DNA from: the human T2T-CHM13v2.0 reference genome, Homo sapiens
Direction: 5' to 3' (one strand)
Assembly (NCBI RefSeq): GCF_009914755.1
Contig: NC_060934.1
Length of the DNA: 64,000 nucleotides
Of this stretch, positions 29,169-44,074 are shown in pieces (position 1 is the stretch's first letter; each line of letters begins with the position of its first letter). The notes beneath the pieces were generated by a model. It was not told the DNA's origin, did not search any database, and saw only the letters and a list, made by a program, of their open reading frames with translations. Position numbers and translations under genes: made by a program.

Positions 29169-30441
29169 GTAAGAAATATGTTAAAATTATTTGCCTTTGT
29201 TCTCATTAAATTACTCAAGTCTTAGTTGATAGTACATATGTACAAGTCATTATTAAGTATGTTACTTTCAAGAAGTGAATTAGTATATGTATTAGGGAAT
29301 GCTCTTTATGCTCTATTAACACAGTTGTCATGCTAATGACAGGAGTATTCTCTTTTTCTGAAGCAAGTAATGCACTGACTTAACAGGATTTCTTTCCATG
29401 CAGGGAAGTGAACTCAAAACATGCATACAATGAAAGGCCCTATTTGCAGTTTTTGAATTTCTAAAATGACAGTTAGTACAATATTTATAAAATGTTATCC
29501 TCTAAAATTCCTTTAAAAGCTTATGATAAATAGTTATGTTCTCAGCATTATTTAATAATGTTAAAACTTTTTGAAAAGTTTAACAGCAGTGTGTATTTTT
29601 CTTAAAGAAAGTTGGTCTACACTTTCTGCCATACAGCTAAAACATTATTTATTAAAAGAGACCTAGATTTGTTCAGTCAGGATAAAAAATATTTAATTAT
29701 AAGAATTGTCCTATTTATCTTTCTTTACGTTTAGAGCACTTAGCAGACAAAATGACCCTGGTTCACCAAAGGTTATGATTAGAAAACCATTGTATAAAGG
29801 ATATTCAGATAACAAGAGACTAACTACAGCATCAATGAGGTCACTGAGCATCTTTGTTCAGAAATTAATGAGATTTTTAATAAACCAGAATGTGCTTCCT
29901 TACTATGATGACCTAATGAGTCACTTAATATGTGGGAAAATTTGAGGTTGAGCTTTGCCTGCACCTGCAGCATTAAAATGTTGCTGTGGATTGAAATTTC
30001 TGTGTTTGATGTTAATCAACCACCCAGTGTTTGCATTCAGCAAAGTATGAATGTTTAATTACCATAAAATGCAATCACCATTTCCTACAGACAATGAATG
30101 GCACATAGACCTCATTGAAGTTATCAAAAGGGGACCAGTGGTCAATTGGGTCAGTGATTTGAATTGTTTGACAGACTTAGAGAAGCAAGTAAAGTTCAAA
30201 AATCCTGAGTAAATTTGAGAAGTTTGCCACAGAATCTGTTAAAAAGAACTGTCATAAGTAATTGAAGTTAACAAAAGCCCTTTTCAATCAAAAGTTCAAG
30301 TTCAAGCTGTAGAGTTAATTTGAATTTGCATTTCTTTGTTCTAAGTTTCTCATGAAGCATGATCTGATTACAAGGGTGAGCAGTTACATCAGGGCAGTTT
30401 TATGCATATTTGTCTAACTAAGGTGAAATTAAATTTTTAAG

Positions 30442-30489
30442 GTGCAAGTTACTGATACCAACCGAAGGTTTCAAGATGCTGGAAAAGAG
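30442..30489 (+). CDS. EXOC6: EXOC6 coding exon (presumed exon 3), 48 nt, phase 0 to 0
   Basis: tttaag|GTG CAA...AAA GAG|gtgaga; VQVTDTNRRFQDAGKE; CTAAC branch-point motif at 30414-30418. Confidence 0.94.
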
Positions 30490-30577
30490 GTGAGAAAATG
30501 ATACTTTTCTGGGTATTCAGTATGTAGTTGTTCTTTAACTGTTTGTTTAAAAATATGAACATTCCTTCTTTTCTAAG

Positions 30578-30668
30578 GTGATAGTCCACACAGAAGATAT
30601 CATTCGATGTAGAATTCAGCAGAGAAATATTACAACTGTAGTAGAAAAATTGCAGTTATGCCTTCCTG
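30578..30668 (+). CDS. EXOC6: EXOC6 coding exon (presumed exon 4), 91 nt, phase 0 to 1
   Basis: ttctaag|GTG ATA...CTT CCT G|gtgagt; VIVHTEDIIRCRIQQRNITTVVEKLQLCLP; preceded by an 88-nt intron. Confidence 0.95.
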
Positions 30669-31344
30669 GTGAGTTAAACTTGTCTATAATAAAACGTTTG
30701 GCTTGGTAAAGTTGTAATTTAATAATAGCAAGTAGTGATTCTTTGGTATGGGAATTACAGATTATTTGGTGATTGCCTCACAACAAAGACCATGCTTATC
30801 TTTCAGGTTCATTTTATTCCCTGAATATTCATGCTTTTGTCATGTTAGAAAGCTCTTGTTTGATTATATGTCACATCAGTTTCCTAGAACAGCAACTTCT
30901 ACATTTCCATTTCCTTTTGGCCTCTTTTGCCTTTTGTCCCCCATAACCCTTTTTTGTTTTTCCTCGGAATACTTTCCCATGGGGAGAGTCTTTTGGTTAC
31001 ATTTTCTCACCTTTACCTAATTTGCCTGATTTTTTACCTCTAGTTTTCCATTGTTTTTTGTTTGTCACTTAGCAGGTTGTTTTTGCTTTGCTCACAATCT
31101 CATTGTGCTGATAAGGTAAGAAAAACATCAAAAGAGCTGGATCTTCACCATTCTTGCCTTTCCTCCTGTATTTTGGAAACGCTGTTTCTGGTCTCTTTGT
31201 TAGGGCTAAATATTACTTGGGCATCAGATAAATTCCGAGGAAATTAACTAGTATTTTCTTTACCTGGATTTAATATACTTTAAGTTGGATGCATTCTGTT
31301 CAAACAAAAGGAAGCAGGTATATGACTTTTTTTCTTTTTATTTA

Positions 31345-31507
31345 TTTTAATTTTTAATTTTTTTAGAGATAAAGTCTCACTCTGTTGCCCAAGCTAGAGT
31401 GCAGTGGCATGATCATAGCTCACTGCAGCCTTGAACTCCTAGGTTCAAGCAATCCCCTTGTCTTAGTGTAGTGTTGGGATTACAGGCATGAGCCACCACA
31501 CCCGGCC
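31345..31507 (-). mobile_element. Alu monomer (FAM/FRAM-like)
   Basis: Single arm ending in cacccggcc. Confidence 0.75.
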
Positions 31508-31633
31508 TTTTTTTTTTTTTTTTTTTAAATATAGTAAGCTGAATCCATCTTTTGTCCCATTTTTAAACTTATTATTTTTTTTTTAGGAAGGAGCCTAAAC
31601 CTCCATATTCAGCAGAATAGAATGAGATGATGA

Positions 31634-32498
<865 letters not shown>

Positions 32499-33084
32499 TG
32501 TTTTTTGACTTGTGAGAATAGCTTTTCTTTTTTTTTAGAATCAATGAAATTCTACTCAGCTTAATCTCTGATGGACCAGGTATATTTACGTAAAAACTTT
32601 GAGTAAATAAAATGTTGGCTTATTATGTTAAGTTTCAGGGTTGAGAAACCTATTTCCTTATAGTCATGTTTAATAATACCTCTTTGCCACCGTCAGGTGC
32701 ATTGTAATAGCCATGAAGATGTCCTCTAAGTTTGAATGTTTTGTCCCTGTCTGATAATAAACCTTAAAAATTGGGTACTGATGGAATGAGCAAGAGCCAA
32801 ATTCAGCTTATTCCCCTACTGGGCTACGTAAAATAGAGAAATAAAGGGAAGTAGAGGTCAGCCGTTTGTTACTGCTACTGTCTTCGTTTTTAAGGCTAGG
32901 CCGCAACTCTTAGTTCATATAAGTATTGTGTTCCTAATGGCCACCTCCAGAACTACCTGCTTTCCTCTATTCATCTTTCTGTCCTACTATCCACTTATAA
33001 ATGTGTGTGTGAGGCATCATGGTAGGTATTGGAACTATAAAGTTGGAAATGACACAATCTCAGCTTTTGAAGGATCCTACAATC

Positions 33085-33680
33085 TGTGAAAGGAAAATAA
33101 ATCTTGGGACCCCAAAATCACTAAGCCAAGAAAAAAGTCAAGCTGGGAACTGTGTCAGGCAAACCTGCCTCCTATTTTCCTCCTGAATAAGATAGGTACA
33201 AAGATAAGAAGCTACATACTCCCTCACAATTTGCCCACTGGAAATTCCTTATGGACAAAGGACAGACAGAACACAAAGTCATCCCTCTGAGGCTCACCTG
33301 AGACAAATCCATATCTGATTGCTTCCTCTGCCCTTTTATTTGTATAAAAATGCAGATTCACTGGGCCAGACTAAATTGTATATTCAGTGGAAGGCTGATC
33401 AAGGACTCAAAAGAATGCAACCTTTTGTCTCTTACCTTCTTCTAATCTGGGAGCCCCCACTTCTGAGTTGTCCTGCCTTACCAGACTGAACCAATATACA
33501 TCTTACACGTATTGATTGATGTCTCATGTCTCTCTAAAATGTATAAAAGCAAACTGTACGCCTGACGACTTGGGCACATGTTTTCAGGACTTCTGAGACT
33601 GTGTCATGGGCATGCCCTTAATCTTGGCAAAATAACTTTCTACATTGACTGAGACCTGTCTCAGATACTTGGAGTTCACA
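33085..33680 (+). mobile_element. MER4A-like ERV1 solo LTR
   Basis: tgtgaaaggaaaataaatcttgggacccc...ggagttcaca; near-TSD aatc/gatc. Confidence 0.85.
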
Positions 33681-33778
33681 GATCTTATGGGAATAAAGAC
33701 ACGTAAGTCATCAGTTGCAGTGCAGTTGCCTAACTCCTCCGTGGATTAGGAGGAGTATGAAAGGATGTAAGAAGTCAT

Positions 33779-34089
33779 AGCTTGGGCATGGTGACTCATG
33801 ACTGTAATCCCAGCACTTTAGGAGGCTGAGGTGGGAGGATCATTTGAGGCCAGGAGTTTGAGAACAGCCTGGGCAACATAGGGAGTCCCTGTCTCTACAG
33901 AAAATTAAAATTAAAAAAAAAAAAAATTAGCCAGCTGTGGTGGCGTACCTGTGGTTCTAACTACTGGGGAGGCTGAGGTGAGAGAATTACTTGAGCCCAA
34001 GAGGTTGAGGCTGCAGTAGTCCATGATCGTGCCACTGCCCTGTAACCTGGGTGACAGAGTGAGACCTTGTCTCAAAAAAAAAAAAAAAT
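33779..34089 (+). mobile_element. AluJ-like
   Basis: Full dimer. Confidence 0.9.
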
Positions 34090-35241
34090 CACGGCATAAA
34101 CAATGCATTTATTTTCCTGGTGTATTAGTTTTTACTGTTTTTGAGGAAAGCATTATTTTTATATGGAAATAGCATGAGGTAGATATGAAATTTACATGAA
34201 TTGTTAAGCTTGGAGACTTCAAAGAAAGTTTATACTTATTGCAGCAGGCTCTCTCCCAGTTTATGTGTTCCCTCTAATGCTTTGGTTGGAAAATGTGAAA
34301 AAAATTACATTACAATATAGAGGCTATGATAGAGAGATATACATAGGGTCCTGTGAAGCGACAGAGTCAGGGTTGATTCACTACAGCTACCACTGCAGTT
34401 TTTATGGTTTTCAGACACATAAACGATGTTTTTTGTAAACTTGGAGACCCCTAGGAGGAGTCATATGACTGTAGAAAAATCTGGAAAAAAATGTTGTCTG
34501 TCCATATTGTAGAGGGAAAGCAAAGTGTGTACTCATTCTGTACTTTGAAATTCTAAGTTTAAAGGGTAAAAAGGTTTAAAACCTTTTTAGTGACACTATA
34601 TTATCTTGGCAAAGAATAATTTATTGAATAATTGCATTCCTTTCTATCAAACAATTGCATTTGATAGAAAGGATGAAATGAATAAAGATGCTTTGTTATG
34701 TTTATTTCTGGCTGTATTATAATTCACTCCTGCTGTAAGCTTTTGACGTTTTTCTTTCTTTGTGGATTTGGTATAAACTTTTGTTTATAGTGAGTTTAAC
34801 ACAAGTGTGTTATTTTATTTGGTATGTTGAGTCAAAAATCAGTGAATCTCACACTCAACTTTCTCTCTCAAATAACTAAAGTCTAAAGTTCCAGTTCTAT
34901 TTCAGGGAAGAAATATTAGTAGTTTCTGGATAGGATAATTGTTAGTAGGCTAATGTCTCAGTTATACGTGGTTAGCATATACAAGTGTTCCAGGTTCAGT
35001 ATAATACATTTATATGTATATATGTGTGTGTGTGTATATAATAAAATGTTCAGTATATAAGGAAATAAACATGTTTTCATATACTTGAAGTATTTAACAT
35101 TTTATTTGAAAATATTAGCCTAACTCAAGTTGTAGAAGTCTAATGAATTTGTAATATACTCTTTCCTGCTTTGATTATTTTCATGTCTCAAAATATTTTC
35201 TTTTCATTTTGAAAGCTAAAATGTTATATTTTTTAATGCAG

Positions 35242-35287
35242 TGCTAGAAATGTACAGTAAGCTGAAAGAACAGATGAGTGCCAAAAG
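35242..35287 (+). CDS. EXOC6: EXOC6 coding exon (presumed exon 5), 46 nt, phase 1 to 2
   Basis: atgcag|TG CTA GAA...AAA AG|gtgagt; (V)LEMYSKLKEQMSAK(R). Confidence 0.94.
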
Positions 35288-35789
35288 GTGAGTTGGTTTT
35301 TTTCCTATTGTTTTAAATAAGAATTTTTTTCTATTATTGAAAGGACAGATACATTTACTATAAATCATAGTGAATCATGAGTTTTGCTTTCTTCATTACA
35401 CTAACCTTTGTACTTAAAATTTGCGCATCAGGATAATCCACTAAAGCAAATCTTAGCCTTTTATTAATAAATCATTGTCCTTTATAAATGATATCAAGGA
35501 TTGGTAATGTTGATCAAGTACAAATAGCCGAACAGGAATGAAAATATTGATTAGCTTACCAACATACTAATATTGCATGTAACTAAGGGCTAAGTGCATA
35601 TTGTGGAAGGAAAAGAGTGTAGGCAGTTATATTTTGACAGTCTGGGTGAATGTAGTAGTTCACATTCTGTTTTATAACTCAAATGCATATATGACAGTTG
35701 AAAAAGAAAGTAATTTAAAGTAGTTTATTGATTGCCATAGGAGCATTGGATATAGTGATGTTTAAAATATTTTAAAGACGAACAGTTTT

Positions 35790-35950
35790 GGCCAGGTGTC
35801 ATGGCTCATGCTTGTAATCCCGGCACTTTGGGAGTCTGAGGCAAGAGGATCACTTGAACCCAGGAGTTTGAGACCAGCGTGGGCAATATAGGGAGACCTC
35901 ATTTCACCTCCCCACCCCCTTCCCCCCAAAAAACAAAAGAAAAAAAACAA
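35790..35950 (+). mobile_element. Alu left monomer (FLAM-like)
   Basis: ggccaggtgtcatggctcatg...gggagacctcat followed by a C/A-rich tail. Confidence 0.85.
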
Positions 35951-37358
35951 ATGATTCAAAAGTAACATAGAAAAACCAGAATAAATTAGACAATTTGGAC
36001 TAGGGAAAAAATGATTTCTTCTTGGTTAGTAACTACTTAATTATCAGAACACATCTTATACAGACCTATAGTAAAAGATGTGTGTATGTCCTGCTTCATT
36101 GTGCTACATGTTGAATTTCATTAGGCTTTACCAGTTAATACAATTTAGTAGAATGATTTTTTCCCTGTAATAAACAAGCCAAAAACTATTCTGAAAGTCT
36201 TATTTTCTTTCACGTATGTATTAATAATATATTCTCTTTTTAAATCAATGTTATATATCCTCACATTTTAAAGATTCAAATAATTTTCCTACGCATTTGC
36301 TGCCAAAAAAAAAAAAAACAGATATCACCTTTCCTATTTCCCATTCACCATTCCTTCTTTATAGGAGCAAAAACTTTTACCTCTTTTAATGGATTATTTT
36401 GGTATTTATATTTATGTCTTTAAATAACTAACTTTTAATTATTACCATATTATTTTCCAGTTTGGGGCATTATCGGTTTTTCAGTAATATAATCTAATAT
36501 TTATACTCACATTTTCTCAACTATCCCCAAAATGTCTTACGTCTTTTTCCCTCCCTGAAAACATTGATTTGTATGTGTTCTTTTGTCCCTTTTAATCTAG
36601 AACAGTCCTCCTGTTCTTTGTTTTTTTCATGGAAGAGTGCAGGTCAGTTCTCTTGTAGACCAGGGCATTTTGGATTTATCTAGTTGTTTCTTCATGTTTA
36701 GATTCAAGTTAAAAGGTTTTGGCAAGAGTATAGCATAAGTGATACCTCACATTGCATGACATCAGGAGGCTTATAAAGTCATGTTGTCCTTAGGTTATGC
36801 TAAATTTGATCATTTGGTTAAGGGGAAGTCTACCAGATGTCTTTTGAAAAGGTATATTTTTCTCTTTGCAATTAATAAGTAATATGTGGGTCCTGTTTCC
36901 TAACAGGTTTTCACCCAGTAGTTTTATCATTCTTGCCTTAATCCGTTATTATATTGGATTTACAAGATGTTGATTTAAGAAATTCTATTATTTCTTAAAC
37001 ATTTATTAACTGGCTTTTTTATATATAAAGAAGAGCTTTTTATTCCCCACCACCACCTTTTTTCTTTTTTTCCGATTATGGCTGTGAACTTACGCATTTT
37101 TAAAATAAATATATTATAATTTATTATTGTCATTATTCATTTTGATGCACAAATTGTTTCAAATTTAACAAGAGAAACTTCTCAAGCCAATTCCTGTGTC
37201 TTTGTCTTTGAGTATTTTTGTGTTTATTGTATCGTAAGATGTTCCAAGCTCTCATTGTGCCTTTTTTTTTTTTTTTTTGCCTCAGATCTGGAAGCAGCCA
37301 TTCTCCAGGGTACCCTAGCTCCTTTTAGTATTAATGGTATTTAGAAACTAAGATGTAT

Positions 37359-37670
37359 GGGTTGGGAGCAGTGGCTCACACCTGTAATCTCAGCACTTTG
37401 GGAGGCTAAGGCAGGTGGATCGCTTAAGCTCAAGAGTTTGAGACCAGCCTGGCCCGTATGGTAAAACCCCATCTCTACTGAAAAAAAAAAAAAAATAGCT
37501 GAGCGTGGTGGCGCGTGCCTGTAGTCCTAGCTACTGGGGGGTTGGTGGGGGGTGGGTGCTGAGGCAGGAGGATCTCTTGAGACAGGGAGGCAGTTGCAGT
37601 GAGCTGAGATTGAGCCACTGCACCCCAGCCTGGGTGACAGCAAAACCCTGTCTCAAAGAAAAACAAAAAC
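37359..37670 (+). mobile_element. Alu with internal G-tract expansion
   Basis: Full dimer; TSD aactaagatgtatg. Confidence 0.9.
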
Positions 37671-38259
37671 AAGGAACTAAGATGTATGTGCTAGGTGGAC
37701 TTATTACACACACACACATACACACACACACACACACACAGTTTGAAGTTGTTAGTTTGTGACCTACCTTTTCTCTCTTTTAGAACATTCTCTTTGTCCT
37801 CTGTGGTCTATCATTTCCTGATGATGTGCTTTGATGTGGTGGGTACTTTTTGTGGTGGGTACTTAGTGAGCCTTCTTTTAATCTGGAAATTATCCTTTAA
37901 TCTCATAATATCCTTAAGCATTAGGAAGTTTTTTTGAATTATTTTTTTCTTTCTGTTTTCTTATTTCTCTAGGATATTAATAGTTCAGTCTTCTAGATTG
38001 GTTCTCTAATTTTCTTATCTCTTCTTTGACATTTTAAAATCTCTTTGTCTGCTTGCTCTTTTTTCTATGAGATTATTTCATCTTTACCTTCCAAAGGTGG
38101 TGCTGATTTTTAAAAATTTCTGCTAATTTTTAATTTCTAGGAGCTCTTTTTTGATCTCCAAATTTTTTTTTCAGGTAGCCTCTTGTGTTTGCTTTTTAGA
38201 GATTCTTGGAGTTGTAGACTTATGACTTGTACATTTTTGTTTATGTTATACTAAAATAA

Positions 38260-41200
38260 ACACACCTGTGTAGCCACCAAGTTTAAGATGTTGAATGTTA
38301 TTGCTACCCAGAAGCTTTCTTATACTTCCTCACAGTCACTGCCACCAAAACAAGATGAAGAATACTTCCATTACCCCCACAGTTTGCTCATACCTCCTTC
38401 CAATTTCTCCTCCCTTCTCTAGAAATAACCACTTTCTGATTTTTAACATCATAGGTTAGTTTTGTGTGTTTTTAGAATTGATATAAATGGAATCTTCTTC
38501 ACTCCCGATAATGTTTTTAAAATTCGTCTGTGGTTGCATAATTTCTTTTTATTGCTAGAATTTGTTTATCTATCCATTAGTTGCTATTTGGGTGGTTTCA
38601 GGTTTGCAGGTATTATGAATAAGACTGCCATGAAATTAAGGTACAAGTCTTTTTTATAGGGATATGTTTATATTTCCATTTAGTAAATATATAGGAGTAG
38701 AATTGCTCAGTGATAACATAAATGAATGCTACACTTTTTAAGAAACCGTTAAATACTTTTCTATTTAAAATATGATTTGAAAAATAGACTTTAAAAATAT
38801 AATTTAAAAAATAATTATTTTAGTAGTACCATTTACGCTTCCATTAGCAATGTATTAATATAAGAATTTCATTTGCTCCACATCCTTGCAAACGTATGGT
38901 GTTTAATTAGTTTGTTCTAGTTGAGCCATTTTGGTAAGTATAAAATAGTATCTCATTGTTTCAATTTGCATTTTCCTGATGACTGATTGTTTATAGATCA
39001 GAATAAACAAATTTTTTTTTTTTTTACCATCAGTGAAATCAGAGGTAGAAAAATCATGGGTTTAGACTGTAGAAAGAAAGGATTTAGATTAGACACAATC
39101 CAGGGCATCTAGATGATAAAGGTTTGGGAATGTTGAATTTCAGTGGCAAGAAAACCTTTGGAATTGGCTTATCTAGAGATCTCTAAGTATCATAAGTGCC
39201 TTTTTGTTTGGTATTTGGCTGTTTGTATGTTTTCTTTTGTGAAGTGTCTGTTCACATCTTTTGCTTTTTTTTTATTTAATAGATTTTATTTTTTAGAGCA
39301 GTTTTAGGTTTACAGAAATATTAAACACAAAGTACAGAGTTCCCATATACTTTTCCTCTTCTTTCTAAGCAGTTTTTCTGTTATTAATGTCTTGCATTAA
39401 TATGGTACATTTACTTTAACTGATGAACCAATATTGACACATAAGTATTTACCAGAGTCCATAGTTTTACAGTAGAGTTCACTCTGTGTTGTACAGTTCT
39501 GTGGATTTTGGCAAACATATATCATGTATCCATTACAGTATCATACAGAATAGTTTCACTGCCTGAAAACTTTCCTGTGCTCCCTATCTTTCCCCATCCT
39601 TCCCTGCTGTGAACCCGTACCAATTACTGAACTTTGTACTGTTTCTATAGTTTTATCTTTTCCAGAATGTCAGATAGTTGAAATAATACAGTATATATAT
39701 AATATGTTCAGACTGGCTTATTTCGCTTGGCAATATGCATTTAAGGTTCCTCTATGTCCTTTTGTGACTTGATAACTTATTTCTTTTTTATCACTGAATA
39801 ATACTACACTGTATGGATGAACCATAGTTTATCCATTCACCTTTGAAGGACATCTTGTTGCTTCCAAGTTTTGGCAATTGTGAATAAAGCTGCCATAAAC
39901 ATTTGTGTGCAGGTTTTATGCATGTAAATTTTCAATTAATGTGGGTAAATACCTGGGGATGTGATTGCTGGATCATATGGTAAGACTATGTTTAGTTTTG
40001 TAAGAATCTGCCAAACTGTCTTCAGAAGTGGCTGTACTATTTTGCACTCCCTCCAGAATGAATGAGAGTTACTGTTGCTCCACATCCTCCACAGGATTTA
40101 GTGTTGTCATTTTTTCGGATTTTGCCTATTCTAATAGGTGTGTAATGATATCTCATTGTTATTTTAATTTGTAATTCACTAATGACACATGATGTTGAGC
40201 ATCTTCTCACATGTATGTCTTCTTTAGCGAGGTGTCCAAGTCTTTTGATCACTTTTTAATTTGGTGGCTTATTTTTGGATTGTTGAGTTTTAAGTGTGCT
40301 TTTTATATTTTGGATTCAAGTCCTTGATTCAATTTGTGTTTCGAACATATTTTCTCCCAGTCTGTGGCTTGTTTTTTCATTTTCTTAACAGTGTTTTTAA
40401 AGAGTAGGAAGTTTTAGTTTTAATGAAATTAAATTGGAAAAGTCCAGTTTACCTTTTTTTCTTTCCCTCATGCATTGTGCTTTGGTGTTTCTAAAAACTA
40501 ATTGCCAAACCCAAGGTCATCTAAATTTTCCCTTGTGTTATCTTCTAGAGTCTTAGAGTTTTGTGTTTTACATTTAGGTCTATGATCTATTTTGAATTAA
40601 TTTTTATAAAAAGTGAAGGTCACTGTTTACATTTATTTATTCACTTTTTTGCATGTGAATGTCCAGTTGTTCCAGCAGCATTTATTTAAAGAACGACTCT
40701 TTTTCCATTGAATTTCCTCAGTTAACTGTATTTGTGTATTTCTGTGCTTTCTGTTTCATTTTAACCTACTTGTTAATCTTTTCACCTTTACCATACAGTC
40801 TTTAATATTATAACTTTATACAGTATTAAGTCTTGAAGTTGGGTAGTGTCAGTCTATCCTTCAACTTTGTTCTTCAATATTGTGTGGCTATTCTGGGTCT
40901 TTTGCCTGTCTATATGAACTTCAGAATCACATTGTTGATATTCACAAAATAAGTTGCTGGGGTTTTGATTGGGATTGCATTGAATCTGTAGATCAAGTTG
41001 GGGAGAACTGATATCATCAGTTGATGATATTGAGTCTTCGTATTCATTAATATGGAATATCTTTCCATTTATATAGATTTTCTTTAATTATTTCTATCAG
41101 AGTTGGTATTAGTTCCAGAAAATTTTTTGTTGAAGGTTTTTATATAGATACATTTCATGTTACCTGCAAAGACTTCTGTTTCTTTTTTCCCAGTCTTAAT

Positions 41201-41900
41201 ACCTTTTTTTCTTGTCTTATTTCATTAGCTACTGCTTCCATGTAGTATGATGTTGACTAGGAATGGTGAGAGGGAGCTTCTTTGCCTTGTTCTTAATCTC
41301 ATGGGGGAAAAACATCTTGTTTCTCACCATTAAGTATGATATTAGCTTTGTATAATTTCTGTTCCTTTAAATTCGTTAAGGCATGTTTTGTGGCCCAGAA
41401 TGTGATCTGTCTTGATGTTCCATGTGAGCTTGAGAAAAATATGTATTTTGTAGTTGTTGGATGAAGTATTCTGTCAATGCCAATTAGATCCAGTTGATTG
41501 ATGGTACTGTTCGGTTCAGCTATGTCCTTATTGAATTTCTGCCTGCTGAACCTGTCAATTATTGTTAGAGGCTTGCTGAGGTCTGCACTTGTAATAGTGT
41601 ATTTATTTATTTTCCTTTACAGTTCTGTTAGTTTTTGCTTCACATATTTTGATGCTCTGTTGTTAGTTACATGCACAGTAAGGATTGCTGTGTCTTCTTG
41701 GAGAATTGACCATTTTATCATTATGTAATGTTCGTTATCCCTAATAATTTTCCTTGCTCTGAAATCTGTTTAATCTGAAATTAATATAGCTGATCTACCT
41801 TTCTTTCGATTAGTGTCAATATGGTATATCTTTCTCTATCCCTTTATTTTTTATCTCTTTATGTCTGTACATTGGAAGTGATTCAGACATCACATAGTTG
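38260..41900 (-). mobile_element. Nested old L1 fragments (L1ME/L1MC-like)
   Basis: ORF 40037-40252 (RRCSTSCVISELQIKITMRYHYTPIRIGKI) resembles the L1 ORF2 C-terminus; L1MC-type 3' end at ~39280. Confidence 0.85.
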
Positions 41901-43695
41901 TGTCTTATTTTTTCCACTTAGAATTTAATAAAAATTTCGTACTTTTTCATGTATCTTGTAAATTTTTTTGTATGCAGGACGTTATATTTAAAAAGAATAG
42001 AAGAGACTGAAGTAACCAATTCTATGGTAGGACAAACTCTGGTGAAATGGAAATACCCAAGGGAAGGCAAATGAAGTAAGAACAGTGGCATAATTTGTAC
42101 TTTGTAGGCCAGAGAATCATTAGAGTACTCACATGTTCTCCATTTAGTGATGACATGTACATTTTTAGAAGTATCTTGTATTTATAAAAACAGACACCTT
42201 GTCAGAGGTTTAACATATAGGGAAATTTGCTCTACTTTGTTTATTTTTAAAAATCAGAGACTTAACATTCCAACTATAAGGACATCATTACCTTATAATA
42301 AAAGACTTTACATATAGGATAATAATTTGTTTTAAAATAATTTATAAGGTAAATTCCATTATATATTGTTGAATAGAGTATGAGCTTACAGAAGTGGAAG
42401 TGTAGATATATGACTGGATGGAAATGTGGCCAAATGCTGATGAGTTAATTACAACATGATAGCATCAGATCATAGGTGCTTTTTATATTCCCCTTATAGG
42501 TTTTGTATTTTTCTAGTGGTTATGGATTACTGTTACAATTTTGTAAAAACAACATTATGTGTATCTAAAGGAGAAATGGTAATCTATTGTGGTGCTGTTT
42601 TTGCTTGCATTTAGAAACAGATAAAACATAGGAGATTTGTGGCTAAATTTTAGAAAGGATCCAGGGTCTGGTCTCTGACTTCTGCTCTCTGCCTAAGATG
42701 ATAAACTTTCTATATATCTTCACCTGAATTTTCCCAGAAAGCAGAGTCTGAGGTAAAAATCATGTATTTTACTACTTTTTTAGGGAGTATAATCCTAGGG
42801 AAGTTCTCTGAATCCTAGTTTTAGGGAAAGGGAAATGAGACAGGAAAGTTGAGAGAGCAAATAGGAGGGTGAGTTATTGAGTTATTTAAATACCTTTAGG
42901 GAGGTTGTATATGTTATTGCAAATCATAACCTTCCCTCCAGGAAGAGGAAAGGAGAACTTATCTCTGACTTGCTCTTCTTATTGGTTAAGAGTTCAACCC
43001 CCTGACCTTAACTCTCTACATTTCTGGGTTGTGCGTATATGGGCGCTAGGTAAGTCTTATGACCTCTCTTGCCTCTGATGATGTCTCATGGGAGCGCCAA
43101 GATGGGAGGTGAGAGATGAGCGGCATGAAGGGAGGCACAGTTGTGCTATGAAGTAAGTTGACTGTGTCTGTGGTATGTTGCAAAAGCTACTGGTAATACT
43201 TTTCATTTATTCTGCATCACTTAGGATTTCAAATACATTGTAGACATTAGCATGAATTTTCAGAAACCATACCTGTTGTAGAGAGAATACTTTTGAAATA
43301 TACCTAGTTCATATCAAATCAGGAAATTAGTCAAGGATCAGATAGTGTGGTTTGACTGTTAATTGATCTGTTGCATTTAAAATGTTATGCATTACACTGA
43401 AAATACATAATTCATTATTTCACTTCATCAAGCCTTTAATATCTCAGGTATTATCAAAATTATTGTAATGACATCTCTCCTACCCATACCACCACCTAAA
43501 TATTTTAGTTTCTGACCAAATGTACATTTTGTTTACATTATAAGCATTCTGATGTTTACCAAGATAAAATTTAGATGGTCTAATTTTTAAGTTAGTTGTA
43601 ATATTTTGTCACAATTTGCAGAATATACTCTTATCTTTGAGAGTATATGCCAGAAAACTAATTGGTATTTTAAAACAGCTTTTGAATATAATGTC

Positions 43696-44074
<379 letters not shown>

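Noticed and set aside
28809-29225. 138-aa ORF as a standalone gene
   Set aside because: Only 28997-29168 is exonic; the flanks are chance open intron.
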